Positions 21,412 to 32,761 of a stretch of DNA of 64,000 nucleotides are shown here, one piece after another. Position numbers and translations under genes: made by a program. The notes beneath the pieces are model-generated. The model did not search any database and was not told where the DNA came from. It saw only the letters and a list, made by a program, of their open reading frames with translations. The stretch comes from Paramoeba atlantica (Eukaryota; Protista; Discosea), in contig CDRNVI010000045.1 in NCBI GenBank assembly GCA_977017575.1, positions 186,001-250,000 of the forward strand, in the 5' to 3' direction. Numbering within the stretch: the stretch's first letter is position 1; the number at the start of each line of letters is the position of its first letter.

Positions 21412-24400
21412 TCAAGCAACGTTTGAATTTGGGTCATAGATCCAGTTTACGTCACCGCGGTGCTGAAAAATTTGAAAACTTCCTCGCAGTGCGCTCTGGG
21501 TCATACTTTGTCGGCATGCATCGATGAGGCTATCGTTTCCAAGAAAAAGAGAGTTCAGAGCTCGAGCTGAGCTGTGGAGCTTCCCTCTTGCGCCTACTTC
21601 GAACACCAGAAGAAAGGTGGCTGGGTGCTCAAGCCTCCTGGAATGATAAATATTTGTATACTTGTTCATTCTCCTCCCAGGGGCAAGTGAGCTCTATGAT
21701 ATATTCTTCCCCGTTTGCCAGTTTCACCCAGCCGTCCGGTCGGAGCTCAGTGTCCAAGTTTGTGAGCCACGACGGAGTGGAGCGGAACTGAGGAAGATCA
21801 AAGTGCGCGAGTCTTGTTGCAGGAGAATTGGCCACACAGTATGCTAGGGTTTGGAGGACTAGATCATGCCGCAGGGTGTATCGGCCCTGTTCGAGTGATT
21901 TTGCACACCCGGAGAGGATATGGCGTGTGGTCTGCGTTTCGGTTCTGCATATCGGGCACTTGTCGCTGGTGTGGGTTGAAACGCCCCATTTGCGGAGTGA
22001 TGCCCTCGTAGGAAGGGGGGTCTGAGTAATAACTGATGCCGTAAATCTTGAGAGGCTCTCGCTTTTCAGATTACATAGTGCAGCGGCAAAATCCCTCGCT
22101 AGATCCGCCTCAGTGGCCATCCTGAACCATTGCCCAGCTACGGTCGTACGTCGTTGAACAGCTTGGGAAAGGTGACGCTCATATTCAGTTGCAAGTACTC
22201 TTCGGACATTACCGCCGTGGAGGCTTTGAATGTCAATTGAGGGTCGAATGTGCCCGGATTGTCTCTTCGCTTGTTCTCGACGAATACGTTCGCGCAATGA
22301 ATACTTGACAGCAGGATCCTTTGATTTCTCCATTTGCTGAGTAGTTTGTGCTGTGCATAAGAGCCACAGTTTCGACAAGCTCAGGAGGTTCCACCCGTGC
22401 TCGGAGTAGAGAAGTTCACTCGTGGCTGTTTTGGCGAGGTTGAGCCATTTACGGATCGCTTGTGTAGCGTACCTCTGAAGACGAAGCACGTGGTTGAACG
22501 AGAGGCAGGTATTCACAACAAGGGAATAACGAAGACGCGAGATGACACCCTGGTTGTATATCCAGAGTCGTGCGGGCAGGTCATGGGCACTATTCGTAAT
22601 ATTTTGTAGCCACATGCGCAGACGAGCTCGCAGTTTCTGGAAGAGAATCTTGCTTTGTTGTGCACCTGGAGCAAGCGTCATCCCTAAGAAGGTGCTTCCT
22701 TTGTCGCATATCTGGGGAATCGGAGCTCCATTGATCGTGAGCTGAGGATGCCGAGTCATATAACCCGAGTCTTGCGTCATTGACATGTGCTGAATTCGGC
22801 ACTTTTTAACGTTGAGGTTCATCCCAATGTCGGAAAGGCCTTTTACAAGGACATTGGTGGTATTTTGCATTTCCCTGGGGGTATTCGTAATGATGGTAAG
22901 GTCGTCGGCGAAGGCTTTGAGAAAGGTCTCTTTGTCATCCCATGTGATCCCATATTGTGGGCAGCTTGATCGAACGAAACGCAGAACCAACTCCATTGCA
23001 AGATTGAATAGTATGGGGGAGAGAGTATCGCCCTGCAATACACCTCGATCTATCGGGATGGGTTTTGTAAGACCTTCAGCGCACTTGATTTGAATGGATG
23101 CTTTCTCGTAGAGTTGTTCTATGTATTGAACGATAATTGGAGATACGCGCGCCCATTTTAGAGCCTGTAACAGCACAGTATGGGGTACGGACCCGAAAGC
23201 ATTTTTGATGTCGAACTGTGCTAGACAGTATTGTCGTTTGTGGCATCTTTGGTATTCGAGGAGTTCACATACAACTTGAGTGTGCTCTACAGTACCATTC
23301 ATGTGGGGGAGAAAACCTTTTTGTATCGACGTGTCTATGGCGTGAGAATCGAGGGCGTGATGGAGGATGCGATGACTTATGATTGAGTGAAAAAGTTTCC
23401 CGAGACAGCTGGTAAGGCTAATTGGGCGCCAGTTTTCCATGAGTTTGGTGTCGCCTCCTTTGTGGATCAGTCGGGTGACGGCCGTTTTCCATGTCGGCGG
23501 GCATACGCCGAATTTGAGTATGTCGTTGAATACCTGCGCGACGACCGAGTAGATGGAAGGGCAACGCTTTAACAAGATGTTGGTTATGGTATCTGACCCC
23601 GGGGCGGCCCCCGAACGTTTTGATGATATGGCTGCGGCAATGGTGGGTCCATCTATCTCGACCCATTCCATGTGTCCACGTGGTCTAGGTTCGGTAAACT
23701 CATCTGGTGGGATGCTGAATGTCCCGTCCGGTTTGGTCAAGGATGTCTCGAAGAAGCGTTTGACCTCCTGGATGGGCACTGTGGGATATAATGAGTCTTT
23801 CCCGTCGCGATCTGCATCGTGGTGGTCTAAGGACTCCCCTGCAGCTGTCCACGGGTTGCGTTGAAATCGAGTTTGAGCCCACCGTCGTTCGATTTCCATT
23901 TTTTGTAGGCGTGCTTCTTCCTCGTATAGTTTTAGCGCTTTGTGTGCTTCTTTTATCCTCCCTCTTTGGGCATTTCGCTCTGGGCCGTGCATAAAGGTCA
24001 GTGACCGTTTTAGTTGACGAACGTGTAGATTTAATGACTTGAGAGTACGGTCGATGGCAAGGGGGCGTGAGCTACGTTTGGACCTGCCTGTTCGGGTTCG
24101 AAGTAGAAACCCGCGTGTGGGGTTAATCTCTTTCGCAGTTTCGTAGACGGATACAGCCAAGATGGCAGAAATGACTTCAGCTTGGAACAGCGCGTCTTCT
24201 TTACTTCGCGCAGGGTGCATGAATGCATTGCAACGTCCTTCAATTCTTGAGATGGTGAGATCCCATTGGCTAGTGTCAAAGTGCACCAGGGCACGTCCAC
24301 CTTGAATGGTGCGGAATGTTTCAAGCATGCTCTCGAGCTCCGAGCGTGGACAGGGTGGTGTGGCATGCGATGCGTTTGTTCGTGGGGTTCGTTGGAGTAT

Positions 24401-26254
24401 AGTGTGGGCACCGTTGTGGTATGAGCGGTCTGAGATCGGATCTGGGCGTCGTTCAGTAGACATTGCGGCGTTTGCAGGATGCGGGGGAGAATCTGCGACG
24501 GGGGTTGTTGGAAAGCGGTCGGCGAGGGGCTCAGGTTGTGAGGATGGTTGAACTTCCTGGGGGGCAGGCAGTGCGGTCGGTTGGGTCGGTCTATCGAGTA
24601 TAAGGAGGTTTCGTACAGTCCAGGATATTGCAGAGCAGGCGATTTCTCCAGCTCTCACGAGCGTGCCTTTTTGGCAGCAGGCGTGTTGGCATTGCGATTT
24701 ATCTTTGCACTTATGCTTGCAGGGACGACGTGGTCTTGTGTCTCGTGATACGTCATTTTCGTTACTGGGGGACGGTTCGTTGGGGGCGGTGCCGGGAGGC
24801 TGGGTGTTGGGAAGTGGAATTTCTCCCATGGTCCCTTCCGTGGTCTCCGTTCGCGTGGTTGGCGTCTCTGCTGTGGGAATTTCGGTTACATCCGTGGAAG
24901 CCGATGTCCACGGAATTAGATTTCGCAATGACCATGAGTGGTTTCTATTCGCCGTTGGACTGATGCGGACTCCCTCCTTGCAACATTTGTGCTTACATAG
25001 AGTCTTATTGCCACACTGATGCTTGCATGGACGGTAGTTGTCCCGGTTGGCCGTCTCTGTTGCGTTAGGATCGCTGTTGCTCCCTTGTGGCGGTGGTTGT
25101 GTGTGGGGCATAAGTCGTGTTGGTCTTGCGAGACTCCTTTCCGAGCTGTTAGTTTCTATTACATGTGCGTGTATGCGATTTTCCGTGTTCGTGCATGTGA
25201 TAGTCGTCATATCGGGGTGGGCATCGATCGAGTGGGCAGGGGTAAAGTTCGTATGTGTAACCGGTTGATCCATTGGAGGCTGTGCGGAATGCAAGTCGTG
25301 GTGTACCATCAGTTCGTCTTTGGATACGAGCACACCAATTTTGCAACAACTGTGTAGACATTTTGTTTTGTCGCGACGGGTGTGCTTGCAAGGTCTTCGC
25401 GTCTCCGTATTCGTATGGTGACGGATGGAGTTCGTTGTTGTGACAAGTGGTGCCTCCCTTTCCGTACTATTCGGTCCCACGGCGGTAGCTTCTGCGGGCG
25501 GATTAACTACGGCGGTGACTTTACAGCACGCATGCAGGCATGAGTTTTTGTCGCGACATTTGTGGTTGCATGGTTGACGTGGCTTTGTAGGTTGTGATGA
25601 GGTTTCCGGTCCTGTTGGCTGTTCCCGAATCCTGTATGCAGCATCGTAGGTGATTTGATGTTGTAGCCAAGTCCCGCTTGTGGACTCAGTGCTTCGCGCT
25701 ATATGTTTTATTTCATACTGGGACAGTCCAGGGACATTGTCGCCGTTTAGTTTTTTCATCACTGCCTTGCTTAAGTTTTGGGGAGACGAATAATGCGAGT
25801 CGAGACACATCTCCGAGTCGTGAAAAGCGGACGTCCAGCTGGCGTGGCGGAAAGTGCGGTGAGGTAGTTTCTTCTCTTTATATTCCAGGTATTCGCATGC
25901 ACCATGGTCCATAACATTCTGTACTGTGCATTTACCGACGACTAGCCCGTCACTTCTTTTGTTCTCTGTTTTTAGAGTCTTGTTTAGGGAAGCTTCGGCA
26001 GTGTGTACACTCGAGAAGAACTTCTTATCGGTAAGAAAGACAGCCGCGGCGTGTGCATCCGGAAAATATGACCACTGAACGCTTGAAGCGAGTCGAAGTT
26101 TCACTGGTACCGCGCGACTCTGGATGAAGTGGAAATTCTGTTGCTTCGCGCTGACAGGTCCTCGAGGAAGGCCGTCGTGCGCGTCGGGAGCAGATGTGAT
26201 AACATTGGAGGACATGCTCCGAGAGATAAGTTTAGTACAAAATTGAAAATAATT
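21412..26254 (-). mobile_element. HERO/NeSL-like RLE non-LTR retrotransposon inserted antisense in the YR element
   Basis: 1543-aa ORF with NWRPISL, GVLQGDTLSP, AFADD, CPIC..HILSGC, RHD, RPDG and IELTCPWE; a small deletion/frameshift near 21655 removes part of the RLE. Confidence 0.92.
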
Positions 26255-26279
26255 CAACAAGGTACAGAAACTGTATCTT
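26255..26279 (-). other. Spliced-leader exon-like copy (5'-truncated) heading the minus-strand element
   Basis: The reverse complement reads AAGATACAGTTTCTGTACCTTGTTG followed by AATTATTTT. Confidence 0.88.
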
Positions 26280-26575
26280 CTTCTGCGTAATTAGTTCATA
26301 ATATAGTTAGTTCCATGTAAACTAGTTTCTTGGAGACTTGTTTCACTAAATTAAAGATACTAAAAGTTTGGTTTTCAAGTCGAAACGTTAAGTGAAAGAA
26401 GTTGGAAGCTATAAAAAAGAGAGTCGTTACAAATCGAGTGTTACAACTATGAGACCTTCCTCCAATAATGTCCTAAATCTCTACGTGAAATCATACGTGT
26501 CTTGTACAAGTTTGTCTTGTACAACGATTATTTCTTATGTGGCGCACAGCTATGCATTCCGCCATTTGATTACTA

Positions 26576-28333
26576 ATGAATAAACGTAGGTTTATTCGTC
26601 TTTTGACATTGGGATATAATATAGTATTAATGAACGAACCCGCGGACAACCTAGAATATGGAACGGCATATGGTGCAGTCCTCCAAAAGTCCTGTACACT
26701 AAAGCAACGGGCCCTTGATCCCATTTCGGTTGCAGGTCGTCTTCATATCGATACTCTATGCGCTATTGCATCTCGAAGCACGTACACGTGGGGAAAAAAG
26801 TGCCTTACCATACTCACTAATGAACACTCATTTCGTCTTTTCACGGAATTCGAAGGCTTTCGTGGGAAACTTGGGGTACATTCTGAAGCAAAATGGCGTG
26901 ATCACTTAGCTGAGCTTTGTTCGTATGAAGTACTGCGCAGAGTTCAGGATTTTCGTAATGATTTTCGCCTTTATTTACGATACTTTGAAGTGCCAAAAGA
27001 TGAAATTTCATCTCGGAGCATCGTAGATTGCACCCCTATAAACGATAGATGCGCTACTCCCCCTAGGCTAAACTTTCCAGCTCTCGCAGAAGTCACACAC
27101 ATCTTATCATGCTTTCCAGGTGGAAAATTCTTGATTGCGGACATTCGTCATTTCTTTCATCAAATACGAATCCCATCAGGCTTGGGTCGCATATTCTCAA
27201 TAAAATGCGAGGACAAGACTTTCGAGTTGCGAGTTCTCCCAATGGGGTTCTCTTGGGCTCCTTATCTTGCCCAATGTCTGGCATGGATAATTGTTTTAGC
27301 GGCTTGTACTACAGGTTATGAGATGTTACCTGTCCGAGACACATCTGAATCACCTCCGGCATTCGCGTGGGCGATAAATAAGAAGACAAAAGCAAAACAA
27401 GGTGCAGTATTTGTTTGGATTGACAATGTGTTGGTCATATCTAGCAACGAAGGTTTTTTAAGTCAGTTAAGATCGCAACTCATGAAAAGCATGAAGAGAC
27501 CGCCAACGGGTTGCAACGTCGAATGGAAATATATCGACGGCCCATGTGATCAAGCCCTATTTTTAGGAATAGAGTTCTCTTGGGAAATAGGCAATTTATT
27601 TTGGAAACACGCTGAATCTAACATTGCTCGTTGGAGAGTACTAGAAACGGTGTCACCTACGACCGTGCGAGACATAAAGAGGGTGATAGGTGTGATCATG
27701 TGGGATACAATGGTCACCCAATCCTCCTTTGCTTCAGTCTATGATGTTCGAATGATCGCGAAAGAGATATCGCACCTATCCGAAGAAAGCTTTTACAAAT
27801 TGAAGAGCGAAGACTTAAAGCTCTTGAGCATGCATGTAGTGCGTATATTGAGTAACAAGAGAAGTTGCGCATTACCGCCAATTCCAATTTCCCATCTCGT
27901 TCTTGCTTTTTCGGACGCATCTTCGACCCACACTGGTTTCTGCGTACTCCGTCAATCGGGAGAAATTTTGCTGCAAGAAAGTATTCCAATACTTGTATCG
28001 GGAGATATATACGATGCGGAGTTCTCTGCGGCAAAAGCCGCCTTAATCAAAGGGTGGGAACTTGCTCCCCATGTGATTCTAGGATGCGATAATATGGACG
28101 TTCTGCGGGCACTCCAAAAGCGCACATCAGTTCGACATTCAATTTGTCAGCAGCTCCTAGACATCGAAGAAAGGAGAAAGAGTGGGCTATCGTTTCGCAT
28201 CTTTTATCTCAAATCTAAGGAGAATCCAGCAGACGGCCTAACGCGGGAAGAGTTCGGATTCCGAGTCAAAGACGGTCTTTTGCCCGGAGGAGTCGAAATC
28301 GCTCTCTCACATATGGACCCAATCATAATCTGA
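26576..28333 (+). CDS. DIRS/VIPER-type reverse transcriptase-RNase H
   Basis: DIRHFFHQI, VLPMGFSWAP, WIDN and FLGIEF (RT); FSDAS, AEF, CDN and SKENPADGLTR (RNase H). Confidence 0.88.
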   Translation: MNKRRFIRLLTLGYNIVLMNEPADNLEYGTAYGAVLQKSCTLKQRALDPISVAGRLHIDTLCAIASRSTYTWGKKCLTILTNEHSFRLFTEFEGFRGKLGVHSEAKWRDHLAELCSYEVLRRVQDFRNDFRLYLRYFEVPKDEISSRSIVDCTPINDRCATPPRLNFPALAEVTHILSCFPGGKFLIADIRHFFHQIRIPSGLGRIFSIKCEDKTFELRVLPMGFSWAPYLAQCLAWIIVLAACTTGYEMLPVRDTSESPPAFAWAINKKTKAKQGAVFVWIDNVLVISSNEGFLSQLRSQLMKSMKRPPTGCNVEWKYIDGPCDQALFLGIEFSWEIGNLFWKHAESNIARWRVLETVSPTTVRDIKRVIGVIMWDTMVTQSSFASVYDVRMIAKEISHLSEESFYKLKSEDLKLLSMHVVRILSNKRSCALPPIPISHLVLAFSDASSTHTGFCVLRQSGEILLQESIPILVSGDIYDAEFSAAKAALIKGWELAPHVILGCDNMDVLRALQKRTSVRHSICQQLLDIEERRKSGLSFRIFYLKSKENPADGLTREEFGFRVKDGLLPGGVEIALSHMDPIII

Positions 28334-29010
28334 GATTGACAAGTAAACGAAGCTGCGAAGGCGAATGGACTACCCTAAAAAAAAATGAACCAGTATATTC
28401 ATCTCTATTGCTCCAGTTACGGAAAATCCGTAGCCAACTCGTCTAAGGTCCACGCACAGAGTGAGAGTAAAAACCCCGTCAGCATTCGAGTCGAATGATT
28501 AGACATAATAAGAAAATGCAGAATCTAAAATTTACAGGTAATTTGCTTTTACTGGGTTTTTGTTTATGACCATGTAAATATTTTGAAATACAAAATCTTT
28601 TAAGACCGCATAATAAGCTATGCGCGTGTTATTTTTCCTTTTTTATGTTTTCAGTACATGCAATTTATAATTTAGTTTTAGTATGAACTAATTTAATCCC
28701 ACTATCATTTCATGTCGAATTAGGCTCACAAGTTGCTGCACTTGTTCTAGAGCTCCCTGGTCCCATAACCCAGCCTTTTTGACGCACGAATGAAATCGTG
28801 TTGCCGGGGAGATCACTTGGTTGTGGGAACGGGCCCCTTAAGTGGGAAGCCCCTGGGCTGAGAAAGGAGGCCTCTAACGAAAAAAAAAGGGTTTTTTTCC
28901 AATGGCTGATCTCAGTGCCAGGCAAGACAAGGCGTGTTTACTACGCCCGAGATAATGGGGAGTTGCTATGTCCCTGGGCCGATTACTGATCAGGGATTGG
29001 CAACACCCTC

Positions 29011-29028
29011 AGTTTCTGTACCTTGTTG
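29011..29028 (+). other. 3' half of the split SL exon
   Basis: AGTTTCTGTACCTTGTTG immediately after the element end CAACACCCTC. Confidence 0.88.
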
Positions 29029-30757
29029 AATTATTTCTCTTTTCCTTCCTATTGACTTTACATACGCCAATGAATGACCCTCGATCAGGGGGGAAGCTCT
29101 GGTGTTGTCACTGTGGCACACGTTTTGTCCCACATAACCCCGCCCACCGATTTTGCGCGAAATGCTCGCCCAAATTCTCACAGCCCCCATTACATCCCAC
29201 CATTCGCTCGTACCCTTCCGTCCAGCCACGCGCGGCGACGAACCCTCCAAGCCCACCCAGCACTCAAAATCATGTGCTGCTTGCTCCGCCCCGTTCTTTC
29301 CCGCTAGGCCTTACTTCCGGTGGTGTGAGTCCTGCGCACTGTCTTGTTCAAACACTTCTCAGGGTCTCACTAAACCCTGCGAAGTGTGTTCGTCCCCTTT
29401 CAGCCCTAAACGCCCCTATTTCAATCGCTGTGATGCGTGCGACTTCGAATCCCCTCATGCCCCACGAGACCACACCGGAACTCCGTCCTCGAAGCCTCCC
29501 CGATTTATGGGAACGTCAAAGCTCCCCTCACGCCCTCCTGCCAGAACTGCAACTTCCTTCGCTTCACACACCGAACGGCCGAAGAAAACATTCGTCCAAG
29601 CACTAAAGGGGGTAACGCGCAGTAACTACCCCTTCTCCTCTAGCGAAAGCGAAACCCCTACGGGGAAGACGAAACACATTCTTTCATTGGAGGAACGTTT
29701 TTCCCTGTTTGAGAAGCTAAATAAAGAATCACATTCCACTCTAAAGAGAAACCGGGTCCCTGAAAACGGTTTCATAGCGGACATAGAGCACGAGATCCGT
29801 TCAACCGAAAAAGAACTCTCCTTCGTTCAATTAGTCGCCCAGTAGCTCGTCTCCAGACACAATCTCCTTCTCCAAAACCTTAACGCAAGACGCGAGTGGC
29901 ATCTCGCTCTTGCCCGAAAGCTCTCCATTATAGAGAAAAAGGGACACGTTTGCAACACCTGTTCAAAGCAACTGATGGATGCCGACCAACTGAGTGAGCA
30001 CAAGAAAGTACACCTTGAACACGACATCAAGGTTGCGTTTCGCAAAGCTATGGACGCCAAAAGAAGTATCCTGTTAGAGGAAAGCTCCGAGATTGTAGAG
30101 AAAGTAGAGACCTTCCACCGGGAACTTCAAGCCCTCACAAGAACGCCGTCTGCTAACTCGCCTTTTATGCAAAAGGCCGAGAGAAACATGAAGGAAACTG
30201 AATTGGAGGACTGGATCGGCCCGGGCTGGGATGACGATCTAGATGACGACAGCACCGTCGACGTTACAATTCGTCTCCTTCTTTGCCCATCGCCTGGGGA
30301 AAAGCTCACCTTCCCAGGTGTTCCGTCTCACACCCATCTGGATTCAGTTAGAGACAAGATCGCGCTCTGTTTGGGGCTCCGCAGTGAGCTCGTGACACTC
30401 GTTGATTCAGCAACCGGAGCCACTATGGATTTAACCGAGAAGCTCAGCAACATATCGCCCCTAGTCACTTTAGGCACTGCTCTTCGGATACCTTACAACG
30501 CCGCAAAGTCGTCAGGAAACAGAGTCCTCATTTACGGATACCCGACAGGTGAGACGTCCATCACTGTCCCCTCCAGCGTGCCTAATAACAAATTATCGGT
30601 TGCTATATGTTCACATTTAGGTATCGACCCAGAATTCGCCCCCGCGTGGTGCGAAGTGCCCTCCCCCTCAGGACCGCACTGGTGTTTCACGCCCAGCGAG
30701 AAGCTTATCGCGAACTCAGGGTGGAGCAAGACCCAGGTAGATATCGGTCTTTTACGA

Positions 30758-30904
30758 GGGGGAGTGGAGTGGAACCCAGGCCCTCCCCGCGTATTGCAAA
30801 ACCTCACCTCGCCTGCCCTAGAGCTAGAGACCAGCACCGGGTGGACCCAAGCGAGCGTAAAAAACGAACTCGTGCGAGGCGGAGTGGAACAGAATCCGGG
30901 ACCC
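30758..30904 (+). other. Two tandem 2A-like (StopGo) motifs
   Basis: LLRGGVEWNPGP (30758-30784) and LVRGGVEQNPGP (30878-30904) in ORF 29975; both have G at the consensus D position. Confidence 0.6.
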
Positions 30905-31828
30905 GATACCCCGTACTCTGCACGACGATCGCTTCTTCTCCATTCCAATAATCTCTCCGCAACCACACTTCCCCTCTTCATGCCCACAGAATCTCGTGTT
31001 TGTCTCGCGGACGGATGCACTTGGAGGGCACAAGGGTCAACTTTGGGCGTCGGCTCTCTCCGAGGCGATGGCTGCCGCGGCGAAGGAAAACACTACTTGC
31101 GCTTTGACCCTCTTAGCGATGCTCCCGAAGTGCGTCCTCCCTACCCCTTATCGTGGGGGGCGCAAAGGACATACTTCGTACGCCAACCACGTTTCTCAAG
31201 TGCCTAGAGCGTTGGCAAGCGCGCGAATACGCTGACCTATGGTATGATGCAATTTCCTCCTTCAATAACAAGCAACATAGTTCTCCGAAAACCCCTCACA
31301 ACGACGAGAAGCGAGCAGCCATTCGCGCAGAGCTCCCCGCACGACAAGGCGAATTTTCCCGGGGTATGGCAGCCCTTACGGCCTCTCCGATGGCGCCAGA
31401 CAGCCCAGAAACCCTCTCAAAGCTTCGAAATAAACACCCTTGTCGCCTGCCCTGCCCCGTCTTTTTGACAGAATTCCTCGCCACCGAACCACCCCCAACG
31501 CGCTCTCACCCGTTGGTGGTTGGGAGCTGACGTCTACGTGGAATCTCGGCCCTGTCCTATGACCAAGTGTGCGCAGCCTCTCGGGCGCGAGGGGAGCCAT
31601 GCCCTGGTGTGTAAAAGTGGCTATGGCCTTATCTCCCGGCACAACGCGCTAGTGGAGCACTTCATTACGGTGTGCAGTAAAGCACATCTCGCTCCACAAC
31701 TTTAAAAGAGTCTTGGGAACCGCGGCCCTGGTGGCGGCCTCACGAGGCCAGGAGATGTCTTCCTTCCGAGCTCTGGCCTGGCGGCCGTTCTGGTGCTAGA
31801 CTTCTGTGTTACCCACGTTCAGCAAACC

Positions 31829-32383
31829 ATAAAGATACAGTTTCTGTACCTTGTTGGTACATTTTGCTAGCCCTTCCTTTCTTTTCCCGGAAACGGGCAT
31901 ACATTTTCCTTTTAATGCCCGTTTCCGGCTGACGGCTAGCGGGAACTGTCCCTCTTTGTCGTGGAAGTAGGGGACGTACTTCCGACTTTTCACCCCTCAC
32001 CGGCTCACTCCTTGAGTGAGTTTTCTTCCCTCCCCGGCTTTCTTCTTCTCGCGCCTGTCTCTTCCCGGGAGCTATGCGCCATGGTGGCCTCCCTTGAGGA
32101 CCACTGGGCGTGACTCTGCCTCGCATTATCGCGAGGCAGCGGTCGGTCGCAGTGCGCCCCTCCGGCTGCGTAAAGAGGTGGTGAGTTGCCTGGACCGCCT
32201 CTACCGACTGGGACCGAGTCGGTTGCAGTACGCCCCTCCGGCTGCGTAAAGAGAGGCGAGTTGCCTGGACCTCTCTACCGACAGAGTCCGCGTCGAACCC
32301 CCTTTGGCGACATCCGTTGTGGGCGGATTATGTGCCGATGATATCGGCCGTCGCATTAAGGGGATTATCTCTGCGCCAAAGAG
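31829..32383 (+). ncRNA. SL RNA-like, highly structured insert (SL exon, GT donor, hairpins)
   Basis: ATAAAGATACAGTTTCTGTACCTTGTTG then GTACA; the only SL copy here followed by GT; TGTAC/GTACA stem; several perfect hairpins. Confidence 0.55.
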
Positions 32384-32761
32384 CGCATGATAAACAAGTA
32401 CACGGACTTAGTCCGAGTTGCTAACGAGGGTAAGGAAGGATGCTTCGCCGAGTGGCACGCCACGGACCACAAAGTTTCGGAGCGCCTGGAAGCGGAAGCC
32501 GCCGGATGCAAGTTCACCGCCATGGCGGTAGAATCCTTCGGCTCCTGGTCGGACAGCGCGATGGGTAATCTCCGGAGGGTCGCGGAACACCGCTCAGCAA
32601 CGTCCCAGGGGACGCAATCACCCAAGAAAGCGCTTCGTCTCCTGCTAACGGAGATGAATATTACACTGATGCGCTCCCAAGCGCGTATGCTGGTCACACG
32701 CATGCCCGCTGAAGACCTCTGCCCGTCGTTGTAGTAAGAAAAAGGGGATACGGGTAAGGTT

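Larger units (their letters stand above)
16659..29010 (+). mobile_element. Tyrosine-recombinase (DIRS/VIPER-like) retrotransposon inserted in an SL exon
   Basis: gag-like ORF, YR and RT/RNase H in that order; imperfect ITR (16659-16686 vs 28928-28956) plus a 54-nt right extension; ICR at 18291-18454; the flanks rejoin into an intact SL exon. Confidence 0.85.
29029..32735 (+). mobile_element. CRE-like element with Zn-finger/2A-like N-terminus, RT deleted, interrupted by a ~555-bp insert
   Basis: N-terminal CxxC fingers and a C2H2; LLAMLPKCVL region; jump to the RLE (CPMTKC, RHNAL, LDFCVTHVQQ, AMAVESFGSW) near 31520. Confidence 0.85.

Noticed and set aside
28715-28815. Possible second twister (CTGG-TCCCATAAC-CCAG)
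   Set aside because: The L4 loop deviates, there is no proper UAA/GAGGG L1, and CCCATAACC pairs better with downstream GGTTGTGGG as a simple hairpin.
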